A stretch of 64,000 nucleotides of DNA from an uncultured bacterium (lineage in GTDB: Bacteria > Patescibacteriota > Saccharimonadia > UBA4664): positions 455,113-519,112 of the forward strand of contig CAVRET010000001.1 in the NCBI GenBank assembly GCA_963720265.1. The letters are read 5' to 3'. The stretch's first letter is position 1, and each line of letters begins with the position of its first letter. A program made the position numbers and the translations under genes. Below are positions 8,967 through 19,442 of this stretch, piece by piece. The notes beneath the pieces are model-generated. The model was not told the origin of the DNA. It did no database searches and was given only the letters and a program-made list of their open reading frames with translations.

Positions 8967-11946
8967 GCCTCAACGTCGTGTTCGCAACGTCCGCACCGCG
9001 CGTAAGCCGGCTGCGCCAATCGGGGATCAACACACCGGGTGGCGGGGCATTGGCGGTCACGTCAAGCGTTTCTTTTTGTCGTTTACGCCCAAAAACTTTA
9101 AAAGCTACTGGATAAGCCGGGCTGGCCTTGGACGGCTGGGCAAGTTGATTGGCGCATTCTTTTTGTGTATCCTGCTAGTTTTTTTGTGGTACGCCAAGGA
9201 CCTGCCGACGCCAGGTAAAATTAATGCCCGCATTACTGCCGGCACGACTAAATTTTATGACTCAAGCGGCCAGCATTTACTGTACGAAGTGTACGGTGAT
9301 CAAAACCGCGATGTTATTAGCTTTAGCAATATTCCGGCCAACGCGCGCGATGCCACGATTGCGATCGAGGATAAGAATTTTTACAAGGAGGGCTCGTTTA
9401 GCACGCTGGGAATTTTGCGGGCGGCGTTTGTGGATATAACGCACCACGGCCTTTATCAGGGCGGTTCGACCATTACCCAGCAGTATGTAAAGAACGCGCT
9501 TCTTGATCCGACTGACCGGAGTTTTTCGCGCAAGATCAAGGAGTTGATATTGTCGCTTGAGATTGGTCAGTTTTATTCCAAGGACGACATTTTGTCGTTG
9601 TATTTGAACGAGATTCCATACGGTAATAATGCTTATGGCATTGAGAGTGCCTGCAAGACGTTCTTCCCGCAAGACATTAATAAGGCGTCGACGGACCAAT
9701 TGTGCGCGCCCCAACTTGACCTTGGCCAGGCGGCACTGCTGGCCGCGATCTTAAATGCTCCAACGTATTATTCGCCATACGGCGAGAACACTCCGGAGTT
9801 GCTCGACCGCCAGCACACGGTGCTTGATCTCATGGCAGCACAAGGTTATATCTCGCAGGACCAGGCCGATGCTGCCAAATGGGACCAAACTAAACTGCTG
9901 GCTGAGCGCAACCCCAACCAGGATTTGTATGCGAATCTGGATCCGCGCATGGCGAGCTTCGTGCTGTACGCGCAGGATTACCTAGAGAACAAATATGGGG
10001 CCACGACTGTCACTGAAGGTGGGCTCAAGGTTATTACCACCCTTGATTATCAGAAGCAGATCGATGCCTACAATGCAATTCAGCAAGGCATGCCAAATGT
10101 TCGCGCCTTGGGCGGTTCAAACGCCGCCTTTGTGGCGGCTGACCCCAATAGTGGGCACGTGCTTGTCATGCTCGGCTCGTATGATTTTGATGATCCTAAT
10201 TTCGGCAACTACAACGTTGCACTAGCTGACCGTCAACCGGGCTCAAGCTTTAAGCCGATTGTGTACGCCACGCTGTTTGACACCAACGCCAATGCGCCGT
10301 GTGCGAAGAATCGGTCGTGCCCAACCTATGGGCCAGGCACGACAATGTACGATGTGCCAACCAACTTTGGCACGACCGCTGATCCCTATGAGCCGCACAA
10401 CTTCAACGAAAAGACATACGGGACTATAACCATTCGCCAGGCGCTGGCCGGCTCGCTTAACATTCCGGCCGTGAAGGCACTGGCGATGGCGGGCATTGGT
10501 CCGTCGCTGCAGACCGCGCAACGGCTTGGTATTACAACGCTCGGTACTGATGCCAATAATTACGGGTTATCACTGGTGCTGGGTTCGGGCGGGGTCGAAC
10601 TTAACCAGATGACCAACGCGTATGAATCGTTTGCCAACGGAGGCGAACACTACGACGCCACACCGATCCTGAAGGTCTATGACTCGAAGGGCAACGTGAT
10701 GCTCGACAACACTACTCCGCCCAAGCCGACTCAGGCGCTTGACCCGCAGGTCGCGTATTTGATTAACAACATGCTCGATGACAACAATGCTAAGCAGTAC
10801 ATTTTCGGAAATTTGCTAGCCGTGAAAAATAATTGTGGCGACAACTCGAGCACCAATTGTGTGCATGTGGCAGTTAAGACCGGGACGACCGATGATGTGC
10901 GTGATGCCTGGACCATCGGCTACACGAAAAATCTGGTGGCCGGCGTGTGGGCCGGCAACAACGACAATACGCCGATGACTCTTGAAGCAGCTGACATTTC
11001 TGCACCGATTTGGGAAGACTTTATGAATACAGAGCTTAACGGTGACCCCTCTAAGGCCCCTGCGTGGGTGGCGCCGTCCGGTATTAAGACCGTTACGCTT
11101 GATAAGGCGACTGGCCGCGAGGTAACTGCCGGCACAACCAGCAAAACGACTGATATTTTCCCGAGTTGGTACACGCCGATGTCGGCAACCAACGGCCAGA
11201 CCGCTGAGATCGACACAGTGTCGGGCTTGCTGGCGACCAATTGCACGCCGCCGCTCGCCAGGCAGGAAGTTTACTCCAGCGCGATTCAACCGGAGATAAC
11301 CGAGCAGCAGAATCCAGAGCAATATCAGAATTGGCTCGTGGCTCTGCAGCATGCCGGTTATGATACCAGCGGCACGGTGTTGCCGACCGGCAGTGATGAT
11401 GTTCACCATTGCGATGACGTGCAGCCCACTGTCTCAATTTCGGGGGCGGACGGCGGCGGGCCGTATAATCTCAATATTCAGGTCACATCCGGGACCTTCA
11501 CGGCTAACAAGCTTGAGGTCGACTTTGATAGTCAGGTCATTTCGACGCAAACGATTAACGGGTCGGGTGTTTACCAAGTAGCGTACACGCCCACTGATAG
11601 CGGAACTCATACCTTTAAAGCGATCGTGACCGATGCTGGGCTATACCAGTCAACGGCTACGCAAACGGTCAATGTTACGGACACCGGCGGAGGAAATGGT
11701 ACTACACAGGGCTTTAGCGGCGTGTCTCCGACCGATGGGAGTCAGCTGTCATCGAACACGATTAACTTTAGCTGGACAACTGACCCAGGGGCCAACTTCT
11801 ACTCGTTATACGTTGACGGCCAATTGCGCGCCACTACATCCGGCACGAGTCACACGCTTTCCCTTGGTTCAGGCAATCACACCTGGTATGTGCAAGACGA
11901 CCAGGGCAATCAGACGCAGACGGAAAGTTTCCAGATCAGTCCGTAG
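8965..11946 (+). CDS. Class A penicillin-binding protein (PBP1A-type transglycosylase/transpeptidase) with C-terminal Ig/FN3-like repeats
   Basis: GT51 motifs (EDKNFY, GGSTITQQ), transpeptidase SxxK (SSFKP), SxN (SLN), KTG (KTGTT); N-terminal TM anchor; C-terminal ~250-aa beta-rich extension. The start may be later (TTG near 9140). Confidence 0.85.
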   Translation: MPQRRVRNVRTARKPAAPIGDQHTGWRGIGGHVKRFFLSFTPKNFKSYWISRAGLGRLGKLIGAFFLCILLVFLWYAKDLPTPGKINARITAGTTKFYDSSGQHLLYEVYGDQNRDVISFSNIPANARDATIAIEDKNFYKEGSFSTLGILRAAFVDITHHGLYQGGSTITQQYVKNALLDPTDRSFSRKIKELILSLEIGQFYSKDDILSLYLNEIPYGNNAYGIESACKTFFPQDINKASTDQLCAPQLDLGQAALLAAILNAPTYYSPYGENTPELLDRQHTVLDLMAAQGYISQDQADAAKWDQTKLLAERNPNQDLYANLDPRMASFVLYAQDYLENKYGATTVTEGGLKVITTLDYQKQIDAYNAIQQGMPNVRALGGSNAAFVAADPNSGHVLVMLGSYDFDDPNFGNYNVALADRQPGSSFKPIVYATLFDTNANAPCAKNRSCPTYGPGTTMYDVPTNFGTTADPYEPHNFNEKTYGTITIRQALAGSLNIPAVKALAMAGIGPSLQTAQRLGITTLGTDANNYGLSLVLGSGGVELNQMTNAYESFANGGEHYDATPILKVYDSKGNVMLDNTTPPKPTQALDPQVAYLINNMLDDNNAKQYIFGNLLAVKNNCGDNSSTNCVHVAVKTGTTDDVRDAWTIGYTKNLVAGVWAGNNDNTPMTLEAADISAPIWEDFMNTELNGDPSKAPAWVAPSGIKTVTLDKATGREVTAGTTSKTTDIFPSWYTPMSATNGQTAEIDTVSGLLATNCTPPLARQEVYSSAIQPEITEQQNPEQYQNWLVALQHAGYDTSGTVLPTGSDDVHHCDDVQPTVSISGADGGGPYNLNIQVTSGTFTANKLEVDFDSQVISTQTINGSGVYQVAYTPTDSGTHTFKAIVTDAGLYQSTATQTVNVTDTGGGNGTTQGFSGVSPTDGSQLSSNTINFSWTTDPGANFYSLYVDGQLRATTSGTSHTLSLGSGNHTWYVQDDQGNQTQTESFQISP

Positions 11947-13171
11947 ATTTCGCTGGACGCTGCGGGTAGTGAGGACGTTGGTTGTTGCGGCCGTTTGGTG
12001 AACCGTCCGAGCTGGCATTTGGCCGACGGGGCGAGTTCGCCTCCTCGGCGTTGGTAGCGGCAATAAGGCGGTTTTCGATGGCGGCCTGCGAGTTACCAGC
12101 ATTCACGGCGTTGCCGGCGGTATTCGGCCGGTTCGGTCCACGGTGATGAGCAGGACGGCCTGAGCGGTCAGCAGGCTGTCGATCCGAGACTTGCCGGTCA
12201 GCATGCTGGACCGGCTTCGGGGCCGGCGTTGCAGGCTGTGCCGGAGCAACAGGGGCTTGCGTCGGCGGTGTAGACGGCAAAGGCGTGATGGGGGCCTGGG
12301 CTACTGGTGTAGCATTACGCGGAACAGCAAAAATCATCTTACCGGCAACCGTCTGGAACACTCGAGTAACCTCGGTTGCGACCTCTTGTCCGATGAGCTT
12401 ATCGCCGTTTTCGACAACGATCATGGTGCCGTCCGCCAGATACCCGACACCTTGGTGGCGCTCCTTGCCCGGCTGCACCACCCGCACTACCAACTCTTCA
12501 CCCGGCAGCACGACCGGACGGATGGCATTGGATAGTTCATTAACGTTTAGTACGCGCACGCCCTGAATTTGGGCGACGCGGTTGAGGTTGTAGTCGGTTG
12601 TGAGTACGTTGCAGCCGAATTTTTGCGCCAGGGCCACCAGCTTGGCGTCGACTTCGCGAATTTTGGGCACATCATCTTCAATAATCTCAACCTCAACGTC
12701 CGGCAGCTCACGCAAGGTGTTGAGAACATCGAGTCCGCGACGACCGCGGCCCCGGCGCATGGCGTCTTCGGAGTCGGCGATATTTTGGAGCTCTGCCAGG
12801 ACAAACCTGGGCACTGCCAAGCGGCCGGGGATAAACCCGGCGGTGGCGATATCGGCAATACGGCCGTCGATAATGGCCGAGGTATCAACCAGAATTCGGG
12901 GTAGCGATGAAGCCGGCTGCTCAGCGGTGGCAGCCGCTGGTTCGGGTTGCACTAATTCAGCGGGTGGTTGCGGCGCCGGCGGCGGCTGGATTGGCTGGGG
13001 CGATTGCGTCGACGGTACGGGGCGTTTTGGTCGAAACTGGTTTACCAAGGCGGCTGCGGCCACAACAATAGCTACAACTGAAACAATGAGTGTTACTGAC
13101 ATTATAATAATTCCTTTATTACCTAGACTTGCGCGGCGGATTTGCGAGCGCCGCAATGGCTGATCGGACAT
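11936..13171 (-). CDS. PIN/TRAM domain-containing membrane protein (YacL-like)
   Basis: N-terminal TM, Pro-rich linker, PIN-like core (ILVDTSAIIDGRI), TRAM-like C-terminal region followed by a long Pro/Ala/Asn-rich low-complexity tail. It is the gene following radA on the same strand, in the Bacillus radA-(disA)-yacL order. Confidence 0.7.
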   Translation of the reverse strand: MSDQPLRRSQIRRASLGNKGIIIMSVTLIVSVVAIVVAAAALVNQFRPKRPVPSTQSPQPIQPPPAPQPPAELVQPEPAAATAEQPASSLPRILVDTSAIIDGRIADIATAGFIPGRLAVPRFVLAELQNIADSEDAMRRGRGRRGLDVLNTLRELPDVEVEIIEDDVPKIREVDAKLVALAQKFGCNVLTTDYNLNRVAQIQGVRVLNVNELSNAIRPVVLPGEELVVRVVQPGKERHQGVGYLADGTMIVVENGDKLIGQEVATEVTRVFQTVAGKMIFAVPRNATPVAQAPITPLPSTPPTQAPVAPAQPATPAPKPVQHADRQVSDRQPADRSGRPAHHRGPNRPNTAGNAVNAGNSQAAIENRLIAATNAEEANSPRRPNASSDGSPNGRNNQRPHYPQRPAKSTD

Positions 13172-14477
13172 CGGTTACGGCCGTAAGTTCGCTGGCAGCC
13201 CCTCTCGACGGCCCAAGGGCCGATCGCAAACCAAGCTTTTTAGCCTCGGACAGGCGCCTAGCCGCTTGGGGGACTGAGCGGATTTCACCGCTTAGGCCGA
13301 CTTCGCCAAAAGCCACGAGATCGGCCGGGACATTCAGGTCTTTGAAGGCCGATGCGATGGATAAAATAATTGCCAAATCGGCGGCCGGTTCAGTAACCTT
13401 GAGTCCGCCAACTACATTAACATAAATGTCTGAGGAACTCAAATTTAGCCCGGCGCGCTTAGTGAGAACGGCTACGAGAAGGTTTAGGCGGTTAAGATCA
13501 AACCCGACCGCCGTGCGCTTGGGGTAGCCAAATGCGCTGGTTGCCACGAGCGCCTGTACCTCAATAAGGAGCGGCCGGGTGCCCTCTAGCGTTGCGAGTA
13601 CGACCGAACCCGGCCCCGGCCGGCGCTCGGCCAGTAGTGCGGCGGACGGGTTGGAAACGGGGGCCAGGCCCTGTTCGCCCATTTCGAAAATGCCTACCTC
13701 GCTCGTGGAGCCAAAACGGTTTTTAATGCCACGTAGAGCCTTAAATGCACCGTAGCGCTCGCCCTCCAGATACAGTACGACATCGACCAGGTGTTCGAGA
13801 ATTTTGGGCCCGGCAATATTACCCTCCTTGGTAACATGGCCGATGATGAGCGTGATTGTGTTAGTGCGCTTGGCGACCGATTGCAGTATTTGAGCGCCGG
13901 CCGTGATTTGCCCAACCGTGCCAGGTGAGCCGGTGAGGGCGGCCGTTGCCATAGTTTGGATTGAATCAATAATGACCAGCTCATAGCTCCCCTCCTCGAT
14001 GGTTGCAGCGACGGCGTCAATATTGGTGGTCGCGAGCAAATCCAGAGAACTTGTCGCCAGGCCAAGTCGCTCGGCACGGAGCTTAATTTGGGCCGTACTC
14101 TCTTCACCGCTGACATACAACACGCGGCCTGAGCCGGCTAATCGAGCAGCAATCTGCAATACCAGTGTACTTTTGCCAATGCCGGGGTCGCCGGAGAGCA
14201 AAATGACCGAGCCCGGCACCAGCCCGCCTCCCAACACTTGGTCGACTTCGCCGATGCCACTTGGCAAGCGCGGCAACTTGGCCGTGGCGACGGCTGCGAG
14301 CTGTGTCGGCTTGAGCGCAGCCGTGGCCGTACGTTTCGATCCGGGTGCGCTTATGGCCGGTGCTACAATTTCCTCAACTAGCGAGTTCCAGGACCCGCAC
14401 TGTTCGCATTTACCCATCCAGCGGACATAACTCGCCCCGCACGACTGACAGGTAAACCGGGTGATAGTTTTTGGCAT
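13119..14477 (-). CDS. radA: DNA repair protein RadA/Sms
   Basis: N-terminal C4 zinc finger (CQSCGASYVRWMGKCEQCGSWN), Walker A GDPGIGKST, KNRFG motif, and C-terminal Lon-protease-like domain. Confidence 0.9.
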   Translation of the reverse strand: MPKTITRFTCQSCGASYVRWMGKCEQCGSWNSLVEEIVAPAISAPGSKRTATAALKPTQLAAVATAKLPRLPSGIGEVDQVLGGGLVPGSVILLSGDPGIGKSTLVLQIAARLAGSGRVLYVSGEESTAQIKLRAERLGLATSSLDLLATTNIDAVAATIEEGSYELVIIDSIQTMATAALTGSPGTVGQITAGAQILQSVAKRTNTITLIIGHVTKEGNIAGPKILEHLVDVVLYLEGERYGAFKALRGIKNRFGSTSEVGIFEMGEQGLAPVSNPSAALLAERRPGPGSVVLATLEGTRPLLIEVQALVATSAFGYPKRTAVGFDLNRLNLLVAVLTKRAGLNLSSSDIYVNVVGGLKVTEPAADLAIILSIASAFKDLNVPADLVAFGEVGLSGEIRSVPQAARRLSEAKKLGLRSALGPSRGAASELTAVTDVRSAIAALANPPRKSR

Positions 14478-14544
14478 GTGATTAACCTAACAATCGATCT
14501 AGGATCATTATATCGAACAAAAACCAAACGTGCAAGATGTACTG

Positions 14545-15297
14545 CTATTGGCGACCTAGAAGCATGCCACCATTGACATGCAAAAACTGGCCAGTAACGA
14601 AGGCGGCGGCCGGCGAACATAGATATGCGACTGCGGGTGCGATGTCTTCCGGCGTTCCAGCTCGGCCGAGCGGCGTCTGCTTAACGAATTCGTCAACATC
14701 GGCGGGAGGCCAAGGTGCGGTAATGCCAGTCTCAGCAATAAAGCCGGGCACGACTACGTTGGCCGTGATTCTTTTAGGACCCATTTCTTTGGCTAGCGCA
14801 AAGACCAAGCCACTTAGGCCGGCTTTGGCTGCGGCATAGCCGAGACCGCCGGGCCGGCCGCTACCGGTAAAGGCCGCGGCCGAACCAATAAAAATGATGC
14901 GGCCGCCTGGACTTGTGATGTGTGGAGCGGCGGCCTGGGTAAGCAGGAAACTGCTTGTCAGATTTACTGCCACAAGTTCATCCCAACGTGAAGCCGCTTC
15001 TTCGTAGGCCAGGTCGGTTGTAATCGGCTTCGGGTAGCCGGCGGCATTGATGAGCACGTCAATATGTCCGTGAGCGGCCACCACCCGGTCGACGGCCTGC
15101 TTGAGCTCTTGAGGCCGGCTTACATCGACCACGCCGGTTATGATTCGACCTCGACTGTCGCTATTTAGGCTCTTCAGGTGTTCCGGATTGCGACCCCAGG
15201 CGATCACGCGGTCGCCAGCCTCATCGAATTGCTCGGCAATCGCACGGCCAATGCCATGGCTGCCTCCGGCGATTAATACGATACGCGGAACTGTCAT
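14545..15297 (-). CDS. SDR family oxidoreductase (FabG-like short-chain dehydrogenase)
   Basis: Gly-rich NAD(P)-binding motif LIAGGSHGIGRAIA and the downstream SDR catalytic region. Start chosen at the internal ATG (MTVPRIVLIAGGS), which overlaps the upstream gene stop (ATGA). Confidence 0.8.
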   Translation of the reverse strand: MTVPRIVLIAGGSHGIGRAIAEQFDEAGDRVIAWGRNPEHLKSLNSDSRGRIITGVVDVSRPQELKQAVDRVVAAHGHIDVLINAAGYPKPITTDLAYEEAASRWDELVAVNLTSSFLLTQAAAPHITSPGGRIIFIGSAAAFTGSGRPGGLGYAAAKAGLSGLVFALAKEMGPKRITANVVVPGFIAETGITAPWPPADVDEFVKQTPLGRAGTPEDIAPAVAYLCSPAAAFVTGQFLHVNGGMLLGRQ

Positions 15298-15647
15298 GAT
15301 GCCTCTCGACTGGTATTGGCCTGGCCCCAGATTGAACGTGGCGGCGCTGATGGCACTATGTAAAACGAATAGGCACATTCGATGGCGTGTTTATTAAAAA
15401 TGTTCCCCAATTCTTTCATAACAGCCGCGTGGTAGTCCGCCATTAGTTTATCGCTCCATTCGCCGAAGTCACGGAAGCGCATTTCGATATGAATCTCATT
15501 AGCATTGAACGAGTAGGTTGTTTGGACTGCACGCAGTTCAATCTTGGAGCTGAGCTGCTTATTCGTTAGGGAGGCGAGGCTGTGTGCGATGTCCTCCAGA
15601 ACCTCCTCGGGGAACGGGCGGGTTTGATATAAAACCATCACAGGCAT
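15294..15647 (-). CDS. Hypothetical protein, possibly tautomerase-superfamily-like (Pro immediately after the initiator Met)
   Basis: 117-aa ORF beginning MPVMVLYQTRPFPEEV..., translationally coupled to the SDR gene. Function not assignable. Confidence 0.4.
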   Translation of the reverse strand: MPVMVLYQTRPFPEEVLEDIAHSLASLTNKQLSSKIELRAVQTTYSFNANEIHIEMRFRDFGEWSDKLMADYHAAVMKELGNIFNKHAIECAYSFYIVPSAPPRSIWGQANTSREAS

Positions 15648-15658
15648 CGTGGCCTCTC

Positions 15659-16135
15659 CTACTTGTCCTTGCCCCAAGGCAAATGGTATTTATTCGATGG
15701 GCCGTCGTAGCCGTCGAACAGATAGAAGTCAGAGACCGTAACTTGGTAGAAACGGCCACCGTCAGGCCGGACGGCGTCGGCTATGAGGTCCGGTCGGTCG
15801 CCGAACCGAGCGCAATAGAGCTTGTAGGCCGGATGGTTGGCATCTATTGGCTCAAGCTCTTTGGCCAGGCCTTCGAAATAGACGCCGCGCACCTTTTGCC
15901 CGAGATGATGCTGAGTGACCATGTTGCCGGCCACATGCGGGTTGGCGGAGATTTCTTGGCTGTGACGGCGTTGGGGCGTGGAGCACCAGTATAAGTTGAG
16001 GCCGTCGTCGTAGGCAAAGTGGACCTCGCAGATCCAGGGCTTGTTGCCAGTACAGGTTGCGAGCGACATGTGAATGACTTGCGGAAGGTATTTTCTAATG
16101 GTAGCTTCGACGTTCATGTGCTCATGATACACCAA
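15659..16135 (-). CDS. Pyridoxamine 5'-phosphate oxidase family (FMN/F420-binding split-barrel) protein
   Basis: 158 aa, with sequence features of the PNPOx-like split-barrel fold. Confidence 0.65.
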   Translation of the reverse strand: MVYHEHMNVEATIRKYLPQVIHMSLATCTGNKPWICEVHFAYDDGLNLYWCSTPQRRHSQEISANPHVAGNMVTQHHLGQKVRGVYFEGLAKELEPIDANHPAYKLYCARFGDRPDLIADAVRPDGGRFYQVTVSDFYLFDGYDGPSNKYHLPWGKDK

Positions 16136-16177
16136 ACCCCGGCGGATCCGGGGTTTGGGTACGGCTGTAAGACGCTA

Positions 16178-18724
16178 TTATTCGGCGGGCGACGTAGAAG
16201 CCGGGGACTCGGTTTCGGCTTCGTCGACGGCCGACTCAACAGGGGTGGTGGTTCGCTGTGCGGCGGTTAGCGCCAATTCGTCGCCGCGGCGGGTCACGGT
16301 AATGTTGTCGCCGGCTTTGAAACGGCCGTCGAGCAGACCGGTTGCCAGCGGATCCTCGATGAGATCCTGGATGGCACGGCGCATAGGCCGGGCGCCTTGC
16401 TTCATATCGTAGCCCTTTTCCATCAGCAGCGTGCGGGCCGAAGGCGTAACGCGCAGTTTGAGCTCAGTGTCGTCGAGGCGCTTGGACAGTTCACCTATCT
16501 GGAGGGATAGGATTTTCTTGATGTCGTTTTGCGACAGGGTCTTGAATACGATCTGGGCGTCAATGCGGTTGAGGAACTCAGGCCGAAATTGTTTCTTAAG
16601 GTCCTCGAGCACTTTTTGTTTAACCTTGTCGTGCTCAGCCTCAAGCATTTTCTCTTCCCCGGCGGTTTCGGTCCGGAAGCCGAGCTGGACTTCTTTGTGC
16701 ATGTCCGAGGCGCCAACGTTACTGGTCATGATTACGACCGTGTTGCGGAAATCAACGCGGCGGCCTTTGGCGTCAGTGACATATCCGTCTTCGAGAATTT
16801 GCAGCAACATATTGAACACATCGGGGTGGGCTTTTTCGAGCTCGTCGAAGAGAATGAGGCTGTAGGGCTTGCGGCGGACCTGCTCGGTGAGCTGGCCGCC
16901 TTCGTCAAAGCCGACATAACCGGCAGGTGCTCCGACGAGCCGGGCGACGTTGTGCTTTTCCATGAATTCAGACATGTCGATCTTAATCATGGCATCGCGG
17001 TCGTGGAACAATTCTTCTGAGAGAACGCGGGCGAGCTCGGTTTTACCAACACCGGTGGGCCCGAGGAAAATGAAGCTGCCGATCGGCTGGCGTTCGTCGG
17101 CAATGCCGGTGCGAGAGCGTCGGATAGCCCTGGCAATGGCGGTCACGGCCTCATCTTGGCCGACGACGCGGCGCGCCAACGACTCCTCGAGCTTTATGAG
17201 ACTTTCGACTTCAGTCTTGATTAGGCGCGTGACGGGGATGCCGGTCATGAGGGATACAACGGCGGCAATGTCTTCGGGCGTGATCTTGATGGCGGCATCG
17301 GCGGCACCGTCGCGAATCTTCATTTGGGCGAGGCGGGATTGGAGCTGAGATTCACGCGTCTTGAGACGAGCGGCGAGTTCGAAATCTTGATCAAAGACGG
17401 CATTTTCAATGTCGTCGCGAATTTCCGAGACCTGCTTGCCGAGATTGCGCACTGTTTTGGACGAGCCTCCGCGCTTAATGCGGGCGAGCGAGGCGGCTTC
17501 GTCAATGAGATCAATGGCCTTGTCAGGCAGGAAGCGATCCGCCACGTAGCGCTTGGCAAGTTTGGAAGCTGACTCAATCGCCTCGTCGGTAATCTCAACG
17601 CGGTGATGCTCCTCATAGCGGGGGCGCAGCCCGCGCAACACGGCAATTGTTTCATCAACGCTGGTTTCGGGCACCTGCACAGGCTGGAAGCGACGCTCAA
17701 GCGCGGCGTCTTTTTCAATGTGTTTGCGGTATTCCTCAAGGGTGGTTGCGCCAATGACCTGAATTTCACCGCGGCTCAAAGCCGGCTTTAAAATGTTGGC
17801 CGCATCGATGGCGCCTTCGGCTGCACCGGCACCGACGACTGTGTGGAGCTCATCAATAAAGAGAATGATCTCCGGGCTGGCCTTGGCTTCATCGAGAATT
17901 TTTTTGAGACGCTCTTCAAACTCGCCGCGGTACTTGGTACCGGCGATGACTGAGGCGAGGTCGAGCATAATGAGGCGCTTGCTCTGCAGCATCTCCGGCA
18001 CTTCTTCGGCCACGATGCGCTGCGCCAGGCCTTCCGCAATAGCGGTCTTTCCGACACCGGGCTCACCAATGAGCACAGGGTTATTTTTCGTCCGCCGGCC
18101 GAGAATAGAAATGACACGGCCGATTTGGACCTCGCGGCCAACCATGGGGTCAAGCGCAGAATCCCGGGCCTTGGCCGTTAGGTCAATGCCAAAGTGGTCA
18201 AGCGCCGGAGTCTTGGACTTACCGCCGGGTTTGCCGGTGCGGGTGCTCTGGCGCTCCTCTTCGGCGTAAAAGTATTGTTGGTTGCCGAGATAGCCTTCGA
18301 GTTCGGCCCGAATGACGGCCGGATCGACTTGCAAATCGTTTTTGAGCAAGCTGATGGCGCGGGCACTTTTTTCGCTCAGGATAGCAAATAAGATGTGCTC
18401 GGTGCCACAATATGGTTGGCCGAATTCTTTGGCCACACGTAGTGAATATGTAAGTGTTCGCTTGGCGGTCTCGGAAGCGCCTTTGTAGCCGGTGCCGGCC
18501 AATTGCGGCGAAAAGCTCAATACGAGCTGGGCTTTTTCAAATGTGACGCCGACGTTTTTTAGAATTTTGGCTCCAATGGAGCTGTCCTGTTGTAGGACGC
18601 CAAGCAAAATGTGCTCGGTGCCAACGTAGCTTGAACCCATCTGGTTGGCGATGACCTCGGCATTCTCCAAACTACGCTTGGCGTTTTCAGTAAACCGATC
18701 GAACTGTGAACTAAAATCGGCCAT
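16178..18724 (-). CDS. clpC: ATP-dependent Clp protease ATP-binding subunit ClpC
   Basis: Two Clp_N repeats, two AAA+ modules ([16 protein letters not shown]), UVR-like motif between D1 and D2. Start set at [11 protein letters not shown] (ATG 18724). The longer ORF to 18976 has an implausible N-terminus. Confidence 0.9.
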   Translation of the reverse strand: MADFSSQFDRFTENAKRSLENAEVIANQMGSSYVGTEHILLGVLQQDSSIGAKILKNVGVTFEKAQLVLSFSPQLAGTGYKGASETAKRTLTYSLRVAKEFGQPYCGTEHILFAILSEKSARAISLLKNDLQVDPAVIRAELEGYLGNQQYFYAEEERQSTRTGKPGGKSKTPALDHFGIDLTAKARDSALDPMVGREVQIGRVISILGRRTKNNPVLIGEPGVGKTAIAEGLAQRIVAEEVPEMLQSKRLIMLDLASVIAGTKYRGEFEERLKKILDEAKASPEIILFIDELHTVVGAGAAEGAIDAANILKPALSRGEIQVIGATTLEEYRKHIEKDAALERRFQPVQVPETSVDETIAVLRGLRPRYEEHHRVEITDEAIESASKLAKRYVADRFLPDKAIDLIDEAASLARIKRGGSSKTVRNLGKQVSEIRDDIENAVFDQDFELAARLKTRESQLQSRLAQMKIRDGAADAAIKITPEDIAAVVSLMTGIPVTRLIKTEVESLIKLEESLARRVVGQDEAVTAIARAIRRSRTGIADERQPIGSFIFLGPTGVGKTELARVLSEELFHDRDAMIKIDMSEFMEKHNVARLVGAPAGYVGFDEGGQLTEQVRRKPYSLILFDELEKAHPDVFNMLLQILEDGYVTDAKGRRVDFRNTVVIMTSNVGASDMHKEVQLGFRTETAGEEKMLEAEHDKVKQKVLEDLKKQFRPEFLNRIDAQIVFKTLSQNDIKKILSLQIGELSKRLDDTELKLRVTPSARTLLMEKGYDMKQGARPMRRAIQDLIEDPLATGLLDGRFKAGDNITVTRRGDELALTAAQRTTTPVESAVDEAETESPASTSPAE

Positions 18725-18812
18725 TTGTGAAGTGTCCTTTCTCTTACCCTCCCACGCTGGAGCCGATGCGTCAAGAGTTGGAAAGGTGACGGTCCAGGCG
18801 AGATATGCATTT

Positions 18813-18840
18813 AGTATAGCAGCGCTGGCACTCAATGCAA
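18813..18840 (-). promoter_or_regulatory. Candidate sigma70-type promoter for clpC (-35 TTGCAT, 16-nt spacer, -10 TATACT on the minus strand)
   Basis: Seen in the reverse complement ~90 nt upstream of the clpC ATG. No CtsR heptad repeat was recognisable. Confidence 0.3.
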
Positions 18841-19084
18841 GAGAGTGCCAATTTTGCCACCACCAAGCTTTTGAATGATTTTTCGGCAGGGTGCTAAAGC
18901 CGGGCGCGAAGACCCAGAGAGCTGCTTGAGACTTATGTTGCCGTACAATTCCAGGAATTGGCTGAGAGCAAAGCACCTATGCGGATAATGATTGATTTCG
19001 CCGCACAACAGGCACAAACTCACAACTATAGAGTGTCCGGAACAAAGAGCCGGACCTTTGGTAGGGAAGAGAGGAGCAGTGGGT

Positions 19085-19246
19085 ATGTCAGGAGTGCATG
19101 CAGGGGTAGATCTCCTAGGTATGGGTGCGCGTGAGCGGCACGAGTTGCTCGCGGGAAACAGCGCGACATCAAGCGCGCTGCGCGAAAGTGCCAAAAGGGG
19201 TGCGCTCAACTACATTCCGCTGTCGTCGTTCCAGGCGCGGGTCTGA
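19085..19246 (+). CDS. Small protein P1 (53 aa): MSGVHAGVDLLGMGARERHELLAGNSATSSALRESAKRGALNYIPLSSFQARV
   Basis: ATG preceded by GAGAGGAG (Shine-Dalgarno-like). A paralog of the next ORF: same length, 20/53 identical residues with no gaps, and shared C-terminal LSSFxAR[VI]. Confidence 0.5.
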   Translation: MSGVHAGVDLLGMGARERHELLAGNSATSSALRESAKRGALNYIPLSSFQARV

Positions 19247-19268
19247 GGCTCGAGGAAAGGGATAGGCA

Positions 19269-19430
19269 ATGCCGGTCGTACAGGTCGGTGCCTCGCTCGC
19301 GGACATGAGTCCCAGAGCTAGGCACCAGTGGCTTGCCAGTAGTGCGCCCGTGGCGGTGGCTGCGCGAAGGCGTGCCCGTCAACAAGCACAGGGGAAGGTA
19401 GCCCTATCATCCTTCAACGCTCGCATCTAG
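19269..19430 (+). CDS. Small protein P2 (53 aa): MPVVQVGASLADMSPRARHQWLASSAPVAVAARRRARQQAQGKVALSSFNARI
   Basis: ATG preceded by GAGGAAAGGG, 22 nt after the P1 stop. Conserved residues relative to P1 are encoded by different synonymous codons (cgt/aga, cgg/agg, ctg/cta, tcg/tca), indicating selection at the protein level. Confidence 0.5.
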   Translation: MPVVQVGASLADMSPRARHQWLASSAPVAVAARRRARQQAQGKVALSSFNARI

Positions 19431-19442
19431 GAGAGGTGAACT

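Noticed and set aside
18725-18860. CtsR or ClgR operator upstream of clpC
   Set aside because: GTCAAGAGTTGGAAAGGTGAC is not a tandem GGTCAAA heptad repeat and not a CGC-N5-GCG ClgR-type palindrome. Only a sigma70-like -35/-10 pair could be supported.
19085-19430. Lasso-peptide precursor interpretation of P1/P2
   Set aside because: No Thr at the leader -2 position and no correctly spaced Asp/Glu for a 7-9 residue macrolactam. No B/C (protease/cyclase) genes nearby.
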